From assembly GCA_947466965.1 (NCBI GenBank), contig CANIFU010000003.1, positions 23,151 through 87,150 of the forward strand: a stretch of DNA of 64,000 nt, written 5' to 3'. Source of the DNA: Bacteroidota bacterium. GTDB lineage: Bacteria > Bacteroidota > Bacteroidia > 2-12-FULL-35-15. The translations under genes were made by a program, and so were the position numbers. The notes under the pieces were generated by a model. That model saw only the letters and a list, made by a program, of their open reading frames with translations, was not told the DNA's origin and did no database searches. Positions 55,994 through 64,000 of the stretch are shown here, piece by piece. Position 1 is the first letter of the stretch, and each line of letters starts with the position of its first letter.

Positions 55994-58687
55994 CTAGTTC
56001 AAATCTTTTAAATTTTTCTTTCCAATTTTTTCAACTACTGCGTTTCTTTCAACAATCACAGCATTTTGTTTTTCGTTGATATTGATCTTTCCTTTAGAAG
56101 GGTAAATAAAATAGTATTTATTAAATCCTTCAACAGCATCTGGTGCAGCAAAAATAGGAATGAAGTTGTGCGCATTACAGAATTTTACAAGTTCTGGTCG
56201 GTTTTGTTTATCGATTGTTGCAACCTCATCAATAAACAATGTTATTTTATTTTGTTCATCAGTAATTGCTAAACGATTTATTATTGCCATGATGATTACC
56301 AATCGGATCATTCGATCCGTACCATCAGATTCAACCTGATTTGCTAAGTCTACTCGTTTTTCTGTTCCTTTTATTTCCAATAATAATTCGATATTGAACA
56401 ATTCATCAAAATGAACTTTTTTACCAGTATCCAGATACGTGTTCAGGATTTTCAGGTTTTCTGATTGGTCAAAATCAAAACTCATTTGACCGTTAAATTC
56501 CTGAATGGAACTGATTTGCTTTAGTTCACTGATGATACGTTCATTATCAATTAAATCAATTTTTAGAGACTCTATATTGGAGATACGAGTGGTCGCTAGC
56601 TTTGTATTGAATTTGTCGTAAACGAATTGTTTAAACTCTTCATAACGCTTTAGTAGCGTAAATGCAGGATTCGCAAATTGAGTAGAAATACTAGACAATA
56701 AACCATCAATACTTCTTTCTTTATCGCTAAGGCATGCAATTTCTTCTTCTACGAAATGGATAAACTCTTCTTCATCAGCTATATTGCTTCTTAAGCGGTA
56801 TTTTAATCCTTCAAAAGCAACATCTTTGTTTGCTTTAATGTCATGACGGTCTTTTTGATGAATTTGAATTTTAGAATAGATATAATCTAAATTGTCGTTT
56901 GTTTCGTATTCTCGAGGTTCCACTTCTATGGATTCCATTTCCATTTTACGGTCTTTCAATTCTTTAACACGAAGTTCAAGATTACGTTTTTCTTCGTTTA
57001 ATTTATCAAGCATAATTTGTTTAGAAGCGATTTCTTTTACTAAATCATTCAAATGCAATTCTAAATCTTTCTTTTCTTCATTGTATGATTTGATTTCATC
57101 AATAATGCCTTTAACGGCTCTTTCCAATTGCGGTTTTGTTTCAATTCCTTTGATTTTTTCCTTGATTACTTCAAGTTCACCAAGAATACTTTTTAATTTG
57201 AAATCGGTTTTTTCTTTGTCAACAACTGTTTTTAATAATTCTTCAGTTATTTTCTTTTCAGAAAGTAGCACTTTTAGTTCATCCTTTAATTCCTTAACAG
57301 ATCTGAACTCAGTCAGTTCTAATCCTTTGGAGATATCAATTTCCCCATCAAAAATAGTCATCAGTTTGTCTGATACTTTTTTGATTTGTTTTTTGATTTG
57401 TTTGCTTGGTAAACTTAATACCTGTTCAGAAAGTATTGCGTTTAAAAGTTGCTTTGTTTTTTCGTCATCAGAAATTTTGTGAATCAATAAGTTGTTGTAA
57501 TTGTTGATCTGGTTTTCAACAGATGCAATTTTATCATTTACTTTTTCCAAGCGGAATTCAAGGTGCTTGCTAGATAATTTCTGACTTTCAATTGTTGTGA
57601 TACGATTCTCAATTTCTTTACGTTCCTTATCCAGATTTTTCATGGATTCCTGGAGGAAATCGATTGTTTCGTATTTATTGATTTCATCTAATTCTCTTTG
57701 CTTTTCGTTCAGATAATTAGTTTTGTTTTTTATTTCAGCATTTTTTTCACCTATGTATGAAGCGTAATTTAATTCCTTCGGTTTTAAAATTTCGTTGATT
57801 TCATTATGAATGGCTGCTATGTGTCTGCCTCTTTCAACGGAAGAAATTTCTAATTCCGGTATGGCAGCTGTATAAGCAGTGTTGAAAGCGTAAAGCAATT
57901 CACTCACAACGGTTGTTTTTGAGCTGTGCATTTTTACCAATTCTCTGAAATCCAGAAAGTCGGTACGAACAGCTTTAATGCTTTTTATTTCTTCATTGAT
58001 CCTCAAAAGATCTGTAATGTCTTTCTTATTTTTCTGAGAGAAATTCAATCCTTCATTTTCACGATTATCTGCTATAATCAAGGATTCTTTTAATGTTTTA
58101 TTGGTGATCAATTTGGAGTTGATCAGGTAGCGGTATACTTTTGAAAAGTTATTACTTAAGCCATCAGCCTTCACTGTATCTTCTAGCCAAACAACCGCAT
58201 TGTTTTTTGTTCCTCTGTGATATACATGATTGAAAACATCTGATTTTGTTGCGAATTTGCTATGCAAAACACCTTTTTTATTCAAGGTCTCAATTACTTC
58301 ATCAAAGCTCAATAAACGTTGGTGAGTGCCTTCGTTTTCGAAGAAAAATTCTTCATTATATTCATTGTCGATCTTATAATATTCTAGTTCTCCGTCAGTA
58401 TTTCGTTTCACCAAAATGCAATAATAGCCCATTTTATTAATTTCGAAAATCAAAAAACTCTTATTATGAGTAGGGAAGTAGTGATGAATCGTTTCTTTAT
58501 CACCTTTACGCTGGCCGCTGAATGACATTTTTTGGCCGTCAACAACAAATAGGAAATTCAAGGCATAAATCAGCGTCGATTTTCCAATATTGTTTGGTCC
58601 CACCAACTGAATTGAATCACAATTATCGAGTTTCATTTCGGCTTTGCCGTAACCTTTTGAGTTAATTAAGGATATTCGAGTAAGCAT
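55994..58687 (-). CDS. mksB: MksB/JetC-like SMC ATPase
   Basis: Walker A GPNNIGKST at the N-terminus, long heptad coiled coils, signature-like ESDGT and Walker B/D-loop LFIDEVATID at the C-terminus; 897 aa. Confidence 0.82.
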   Translation of the reverse strand: MLTRISLINSKGYGKAEMKLDNCDSIQLVGPNNIGKSTLIYALNFLFVVDGQKMSFSGQRKGDKETIHHYFPTHNKSFLIFEINKMGYYCILVKRNTDGELEYYKIDNEYNEEFFFENEGTHQRLLSFDEVIETLNKKGVLHSKFATKSDVFNHVYHRGTKNNAVVWLEDTVKADGLSNNFSKVYRYLINSKLITNKTLKESLIIADNRENEGLNFSQKNKKDITDLLRINEEIKSIKAVRTDFLDFRELVKMHSSKTTVVSELLYAFNTAYTAAIPELEISSVERGRHIAAIHNEINEILKPKELNYASYIGEKNAEIKNKTNYLNEKQRELDEINKYETIDFLQESMKNLDKERKEIENRITTIESQKLSSKHLEFRLEKVNDKIASVENQINNYNNLLIHKISDDEKTKQLLNAILSEQVLSLPSKQIKKQIKKVSDKLMTIFDGEIDISKGLELTEFRSVKELKDELKVLLSEKKITEELLKTVVDKEKTDFKLKSILGELEVIKEKIKGIETKPQLERAVKGIIDEIKSYNEEKKDLELHLNDLVKEIASKQIMLDKLNEEKRNLELRVKELKDRKMEMESIEVEPREYETNDNLDYIYSKIQIHQKDRHDIKANKDVAFEGLKYRLRSNIADEEEFIHFVEEEIACLSDKERSIDGLLSSISTQFANPAFTLLKRYEEFKQFVYDKFNTKLATTRISNIESLKIDLIDNERIISELKQISSIQEFNGQMSFDFDQSENLKILNTYLDTGKKVHFDELFNIELLLEIKGTEKRVDLANQVESDGTDRMIRLVIIMAIINRLAITDEQNKITLFIDEVATIDKQNRPELVKFCNAHNFIPIFAAPDAVEGFNKYYFIYPSKGKININEKQNAVIVERNAVVEKIGKKNLKDLN

Positions 58688-58716
58688 CTTTTTTTTCGGA
58701 TTATAAGATTTATGCT

Positions 58717-58724
58717 CAAATATA
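58717..58724 (-). promoter_or_regulatory. -7 box upstream of the mks operon (TATATTTG)
   Basis: TAnnTTTG consensus ~30 nt before the mksB ATG. Confidence 0.55.
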
Positions 58725-59038
58725 ACTTAATGCTTTGGGGTATTTATTGGTACCTATTCCTGTTAATAACAATTCCTTTAAAATATGGGGTGCTAGAGCT
58801 TCTTTGTTAAAAAAAATAAAGTTTTTAAAAGTTTTAACTGGCACTTGATTCTTGTCAAAAAAAAGGTTATAATAAATTATTATAGAAAGGATGCAAGCAT
58901 TATTTTTGTATTCTTTTACATTTTTTTTAGTGGGAGTGGCAATTGGTTTATTCACTAAAATGTATGTGTAATTTTACAGAACGTATACACGTTCTGTGTT
59001 TTATTGGCAATAATTTTTGTATTAATAAGTATTTTTAA

Positions 59039-60376
59039 TTAGGGATATATTGGTTGTTCAATAGATTCAGCTATTGTTACAAGCATAATACCATCGGCAT
59101 CCAATTCTTTTAATTCAACTTCTTTAAGTTCGTTGATAAGTATAGGATCATAAGGTGTTTTTACTTTTATGTAATTATCCGTAAAGCCGTGCATGAACCC
59201 TTCTTTATTATCTGATTCGAAAAGAACTATTCTTGTTTGTCCAATATGTTGTTGGTAAAAAAGACGAAGTTTTTTTGCTGATAAAATACGAAGCATTTTA
59301 TTTCGTTTTTTTCGTATTGTAAGGGGGATGCTCTCTTTTAAATGAATGGCATCTGTATTGTCGCGCTCAGAATATGTAAATACATGCAAGTAGGAGATAG
59401 GCAAGTCATTTATAAAATTATAGGTATCCAAAAAATCTTCATTCGTTTCTCCAGGAAATCCAACAATTATATCCACACCAATGCAACAATGTGGCATTAA
59501 CGACTTTATTTTAGCAACACGTTCGCTATACAGCTCACGAAGATAACGTCTTCGCATTGCCTTTAAAATTTTATTGCTTCCAGATTGAAGAGGAATGTGG
59601 AAATGTGGGACAAATCGTTTTGATTTAGAAACAAATTCTATCGTCTCATCTTTTAATAAATTAGGTTCTATAGATGAAATCCGAAAACGATCTATTCCTG
59701 TCACTTTATCAAGTTCTGTTACCAGATCAAAAAATTGCTCCTGTTTTTTATTCCCTTCTTTTGTTTCATTGTTTCCGAAATCTCCTAGGTTTACACCTGT
59801 CAATACAATTTCTTTGACATTTTGTTTCGCAATATCATTGGCATTCTTGACAGCATTCAGAATACTGTCGCTTCGGCTCTTTCCTCGGGCAAGCGGGATG
59901 GTGCAAAAGGAACAATTGTAATCACAGCCATCTTGCACTTTCAAAAACACACGCGTTCTGTCCCCAAAGGAATAAGAATCTATAAAAAAATTGGCTTCTT
60001 CTATTTCGCAACTGTATATTTCTGCTTTTGTTTTTTTAGTTAAATCACTCATGTAATTCAATAATTTGAATTTTTCTGAGGCACCTAAAACTAAATCAAC
60101 ACCTTCAATGTTGGAAATTTCTTCTGGTTTTAACTGTGCATAGCATCCAACAATTACTACGTAGGCATCTGGAGAAACAGATAATGCCGCTTTTACGATT
60201 TGTTTACATTCTTTATCTGCATTGGCTGTTACAGAACATGTATTTATGACGTAAACATCGCTGGGTTCTTTGAAATCAACTTTCAGATATCCTTGCACCT
60301 CGAATAAACGCGCAATAGTGCTTGTTTCCGAAAAGTTGAGTTTGCAACCCAAGGTATGAAATGCTACTTTTTTCAT
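59039..60376 (-). CDS. mtaB: tRNA t6A37 methylthiotransferase
   Basis: TLGCKLNFSE, INTCSVT, radical-SAM LKVQDGCDYNCSFC, RFRISSIEP, HVFTYSER, C-terminal TRAM-like region. Confidence 0.93.
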   Translation of the reverse strand: MKKVAFHTLGCKLNFSETSTIARLFEVQGYLKVDFKEPSDVYVINTCSVTANADKECKQIVKAALSVSPDAYVVIVGCYAQLKPEEISNIEGVDLVLGASEKFKLLNYMSDLTKKTKAEIYSCEIEEANFFIDSYSFGDRTRVFLKVQDGCDYNCSFCTIPLARGKSRSDSILNAVKNANDIAKQNVKEIVLTGVNLGDFGNNETKEGNKKQEQFFDLVTELDKVTGIDRFRISSIEPNLLKDETIEFVSKSKRFVPHFHIPLQSGSNKILKAMRRRYLRELYSERVAKIKSLMPHCCIGVDIIVGFPGETNEDFLDTYNFINDLPISYLHVFTYSERDNTDAIHLKESIPLTIRKKRNKMLRILSAKKLRLFYQQHIGQTRIVLFESDNKEGFMHGFTDNYIKVKTPYDPILINELKEVELKELDADGIMLVTIAESIEQPIYP

Positions 60377-60623
60377 TTTTAGAATGCGAAGTTACAAAAT
60401 TATCCTTTTCAAGCTGTTTATTTGCTTGTTAGGATTCAACCTGTTTTATAGAAATAGTTCATTAATAAGGTTAATGATGAATTGTTTTGTTACTTTAGTT
60501 TTGTTTAAAAAGGTGTTGATAAGTGAAATGATACATTTTGTGTTTAAGTAAAAGGATTTCTTAAACTTGATGATAATTATAGTGTGTTAGTAGGTATTGT
60601 AAAATCAGAAATTAAAAAGATTT

Positions 60624-62267
60624 ATGAAAAGAACGCTTTTATATATTTCAATTTGTGTTTTTGTATCTGCTTGTTCTTCTGTTGAAGAAAAAGTTGTTGA
60701 CGAACGAACTGTATTTAAGTATAATGATATGTCGGGTGTTAATTCACTTGATCCTGCTGCTGCAAGAGATTTTGAAAATATTCTTGCTGTAAATCAATTG
60801 TTCAACGGATTAGTTGAAATGAATGATTCATTAAAGATAAAACCTTCAATTGCAAAATCCTGGGATATCTCAGAAGATGGACGGACGTATATTTTTCATT
60901 TAAATTCAACTGTTAGTTTTCATGATAACGAATATTTTGATGGTGGCATTGGCCGCAAAGTAACAGCTACTGATTTTGTTTTTAGCTTTAACCGACTACT
61001 TGATCCCAGCGTTTCAAGTGCAACAACACTTTTAACGCATGTCAATAAAAAAAAATCAGGTGGATTTCAAGCAATCAATGACTCAACGTTGGCTATCTAT
61101 CTCGACAAGCCCTTTACACCTTTCCTTGGAATATTAACAATGAAATATTTTTCTGTAATTCCTAAAGAAGTAGTGGAGCATTATGGTACTGATTTCAGAA
61201 GAAATCCAGTAGGAACAGGTCCTTTCAAATTTAAAATGTGGAACGAGGGATCCAAATTAGTTTTTGTAAAAAATGAAAATTATTTCGAATATGAAAATGG
61301 TAATCGATTACCCTATTTAGATGCCGTTTCTTTTTCTTTTATCAAGGATAAAGAAACGTCATTTCTTGAATTCCTGCAAGGTAATATAGATATGGTTTCT
61401 GGTATCGATGCAATAAATACGGATGAAGTTTTAACCGTAGAAGGTGTATTGAAAGAAAAATACAAAACCCTCTTTCAAATGCAGACGCAACCTTATTTGA
61501 AGACAGATTATTTAGGCTTTTTAGTAGATGAAAATATGCCGGTTCTGAAAGATTCTCCTTTAAAATTAAAAGCAATTCGTCAGGCAATCAATTATGGTTT
61601 TGATCGAAAAAAAATGGTAAAGTATTTACGTAAGAACTTGGGTACTCCTGCTACTGCTGGTTTTATTCCTCCAGGTTTGCCTTCCTTTGATGGCAAGAAA
61701 GTAAAAGGGTATGATTACAATCCCGATAAAGTAAAGGAACTTTTATTTCTTGCAGGTTTCCCTGATGGAAAAGGTCTTCCTGAAATTTCTCTCGCTACAA
61801 CAGAACAATACTTAGAGTTAGCAGAATACATACAATCACAATTGGCTGATTTTGGAATAAATATTAAGATTGATGTTCAGAAATCTTCAGTGTTATCTGA
61901 TGCGATTGCCAATTCTAAACTTAATTTCTTCCGAAAGTCATGGGTGTGTGATTATCCTGATGAGGAGAATTTTCTTTCTCTTTTTTACAGTAAAAATGGG
62001 AGTCCGAAAGGGTTTAACTATACCCACTTTATCAATCCTCAATTTGACATTTTGTATGAAAAATCGCAATCCGAATTAAACGATTCAATACGTTACGAAT
62101 ATTACCAGCAAATGGATCAATTGTTAATGGATGAAGCCCCTGTTGCTCCTTTGTACTATGATCAGGTTGTTCGTTTGGTTCACAATCATATCTCTGGACT
62201 TACCTCAAATCCAATGAACCTGCTTTCTCTAAAAAAAGTTAAAAAGTTGAAGCCTAATTCGAAATAA
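60624..62267 (+). CDS. ABC substrate-binding lipoprotein, family 5 (OppA/DppA-like)
   Basis: Lipobox VSAC; SLDPA, PSIAKSWDISEDGRTYIFHL, PVGTGPFKF, RQAINYGFDR. Confidence 0.88.
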   Translation: MKRTLLYISICVFVSACSSVEEKVVDERTVFKYNDMSGVNSLDPAAARDFENILAVNQLFNGLVEMNDSLKIKPSIAKSWDISEDGRTYIFHLNSTVSFHDNEYFDGGIGRKVTATDFVFSFNRLLDPSVSSATTLLTHVNKKKSGGFQAINDSTLAIYLDKPFTPFLGILTMKYFSVIPKEVVEHYGTDFRRNPVGTGPFKFKMWNEGSKLVFVKNENYFEYENGNRLPYLDAVSFSFIKDKETSFLEFLQGNIDMVSGIDAINTDEVLTVEGVLKEKYKTLFQMQTQPYLKTDYLGFLVDENMPVLKDSPLKLKAIRQAINYGFDRKKMVKYLRKNLGTPATAGFIPPGLPSFDGKKVKGYDYNPDKVKELLFLAGFPDGKGLPEISLATTEQYLELAEYIQSQLADFGINIKIDVQKSSVLSDAIANSKLNFFRKSWVCDYPDEENFLSLFYSKNGSPKGFNYTHFINPQFDILYEKSQSELNDSIRYEYYQQMDQLLMDEAPVAPLYYDQVVRLVHNHISGLTSNPMNLLSLKKVKKLKPNSK

Positions 62268-62283
62268 AGAAATTATATTAAAG

Positions 62284-62315
62284 GTTGCTTCGAAATGAAT
62301 AAAAGCAATTTTTTA
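62284..62315. terminator. Possible bidirectional terminator
   Basis: TTGCTT...AAGCAA stem plus a T-run between convergent genes. Confidence 0.4.
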
Positions 62316-63452
62316 TTGTTTTTCTAAATAACAAACAATCGGATAATGATCCGATAATGCTTCATTGATTGTTCGAAACTTATATGCTTTATATTCTTTG
62401 CTATAAAGGATATAATCGATTCGGAAGGATGGAAATTTCCCGATGTATGTTCTTCCAAACCCATTCCCGCTTTCAACAAAGGCATCCGACAAATTCGTTG
62501 CAATTTTATTTTTTGCATAGGAAGCCGGAGTGTCATTGAAGTCTCCACAAACAATTACCGGATATGGGGATGATGCGATACTGGCACTAATAAGGTCGGT
62601 TTGATGCGCTCTTTTTATAAAAGCAAGTTTCAATCGGTTTAAAATACTTTTTGAGTGTTCAACATCTTCGGTCTCCATATCCTTTTGCAGGTCATCTATG
62701 TATTTATAATCATCTTTTGAAAAAGCGATAGACTGTAAATGCATGTTGTAAATTCTCAACGTATCTTTTCCCCACTGGATGTCAGAATAAATACACACGT
62801 TATTGCTTTTATATCCAAAATCGACTTTGCCTTTATTGAGGATCGGATAATTGCTGAATGTGGCGATTCCAAAATGCTGTTTGGGTTTTACAGTTGTTGT
62901 ATATTCAATATGGCTATACTTGAATTTAGTATACTTCATAAGTGAATCGGTATTGGAATATTTACTGCTGTCGCGATGAAAATATTCTTGAAAGCAAGCC
63001 ACTTCAGGTGATTCATTATTGATGAGCTGAAACATTTTGTTTCTCGTTTTATTATTGTTGCTCCAATTGTAAAGGTCAAATACTTTTACATTATAGGACA
63101 TTATGCTGATCATCTTTTTTGTGCCATTGGGAGTTTCATTAAACGTGAACTGAAAATAGCTGTGGAGGTTTGTAAATCCTACAATGATAACTACGAAGGA
63201 ATAGAATGCACGTTTTTTTATCTGGATTGCCCAGTAGAAAAGAAATAGAATATTGATGATCACCAGGATTGGATAGGCTAATCCAAAAAAGGCAATGATC
63301 CAGAATTTTTCAGGGCTGACGTGGGGTGCTAAATAGGAAATGAGCAGTGCAATAACAGCAATATGGTTGCAGAACATCGCAATCTGATTAAAGAAATAGC
63401 CCTTCCCTTTTCGTTTTTTCTTTTGTTCTTGTATTGTCTTTTGTTCTTCCAA
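62313..63452 (-). CDS. Membrane-anchored endonuclease/exonuclease/phosphatase (EEP) family protein
   Basis: Three N-terminal TMs; MSYNV, CFQE, NMHLQS, VCGDFNDTP, RIDYI, SDHYPI. Confidence 0.88.
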   Translation of the reverse strand: MEEQKTIQEQKKKRKGKGYFFNQIAMFCNHIAVIALLISYLAPHVSPEKFWIIAFFGLAYPILVIINILFLFYWAIQIKKRAFYSFVVIIVGFTNLHSYFQFTFNETPNGTKKMISIMSYNVKVFDLYNWSNNNKTRNKMFQLINNESPEVACFQEYFHRDSSKYSNTDSLMKYTKFKYSHIEYTTTVKPKQHFGIATFSNYPILNKGKVDFGYKSNNVCIYSDIQWGKDTLRIYNMHLQSIAFSKDDYKYIDDLQKDMETEDVEHSKSILNRLKLAFIKRAHQTDLISASIASSPYPVIVCGDFNDTPASYAKNKIATNLSDAFVESGNGFGRTYIGKFPSFRIDYILYSKEYKAYKFRTINEALSDHYPIVCYLEKQ

Positions 63453-63527
63453 TTTCTAACTTTCGGTTTCTGTGACACATCTTTGGTCATCACACATGTT
63501 TCTGCTCCGGACTTTTAGCTTAAAAAA

Positions 63528-64000
63528 TTACTTTTTCCCGCTGGCTTTAAATAAGATCTCTTTTTCACTTTTTGATAAACTTTCGTACCCTGATTTTGAA
63601 ATCTTATCCAAAATTCTATCTATATTTTCCTGTTCTACTTTCTTAATGTAATTATACTCTTCATCTGTTACTTTCCTTTTGTAAGCAACTTTCATTTTGC
63701 TTTTAGGCTTTATGCTAAGAAGTCCGGATATCCAATCGAAAAAACGATTAATTCCTTTTGAAAAATCAACACCTCTTTTGTACTGAAAAATGAACAAATA
63801 TCCCATAAGTGCTCCACCGAGGTGAGAAATATTCCCTCCTATATTATCATAGGACGCAACATTCAATACATCAATAAAAATAACAAATAAAGCAACATAA
63901 ATTAATTTTACCGGACCGATAAACATCATATTCATGTTTACGTTAGGAATAAGAGTTGCAGTTGCAACTATAATTGAAGTAACACCGGCAGATGCCCCGA
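63528..64000 (-). CDS. Rhomboid intramembrane serine protease, C-terminal part (starts beyond the window)
   Basis: The frame stays open to the edge: catalytic GASAG and SHLGG motifs, and a C-terminal IDRILDKISKSGYESLS..EK..LF tail. Confidence 0.85.
   Translation of the reverse strand, partial: GASAGVTSIIVATATLIPNVNMNMMFIGPVKLIYVALFVIFIDVLNVASYDNIGGNISHLGGALMGYLFIFQYKRGVDFSKGINRFFDWISGLLSIKPKSKMKVAYKRKVTDEEYNYIKKVEQENIDRILDKISKSGYESLSKSEKEILFKASGKK

Noticed and set aside
56892..57482. 196-aa plus-strand ORF inside mksB
   Set aside because: Ser/Phe/Leu-rich antisense shadow of a Glu/Lys-rich coiled coil.
58716..58955. 79-aa minus-strand ORF upstream of mksB, considered as a fourth Mks/Jet subunit
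   Set aside because: GTG start, homopolymer-rich low-complexity sequence, no motifs, far too short for JetD, and it overlaps the predicted mks promoter. Probably intergenic.
1159..62945. Many 60-126 aa ORFs antisense to, or out of frame within, long genes (e.g. 1159, 9018, 30345, 42459, 52336, 59595)
   Set aside because: They are nested in well-supported genes and lack motifs, as expected by chance.
63471..63494. TGTGA...TCACA inverted repeat resembling a CRP site
   Set aside because: The spacer is 14 nt rather than 6, and the site lies between co-oriented genes.

Overview
AT-rich chromosomal window from a Bacteroidota genome, inferred from a T9SS C-terminal sorting domain, recurrent TAnnTTTG -7 promoter boxes and the ddl-PASTA-rluD arrangement. 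I saw no rRNA, tRNA, CRISPR array, integrase or transposase. From left to right it holds: a partial fur and a long RelA/SpoT; a ~15 kb surface-glycan locus (PglK/Wzk-like ABC flippase, five glycosyltransferases, four SAM methyltransferases, asnB, galE, an inverted Wzy/GT-C-like gene); rdgB, a tandem-duplicated 903-aa D-Ala-D-Ala ligase, a PASTA protein, a T9SS cargo, rluD and lpxD; a desaturase and msrA; a three-gene envelope cluster; LOG and uvrA; a second glycan locus (asnB, GT4, wza, wzc, rfbC, wecA-like, lytic transglycosylase); an SSS symporter, suhB and lgt; an MksBEF-type SMC operon; mtaB, an orphan OppA-like lipoprotein, an EEP protein and a partial rhomboid. Three leads stand out. (1) 28809-33914: two paralogous barrel+TSP3 proteins lack the usual OmpA_C domain, ending instead in three SPOR domains or in a dockerin/EF-hand-like module. 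They flank a protein with two cohesin-like repeats and a SPOR domain, suggesting a modular outer-membrane-to-peptidoglycan tether. (2) 54244-58687: an MksBEF/Wadjet-family condensin in the unusual order B-F-E with no JetD nuclease. (3) 18757-21468: a double Ddl whose second module has Tyr->Phe and Ser->Cys changes at positions that set substrate specificity. All family calls come from motif recognition by eye, not from database searches.
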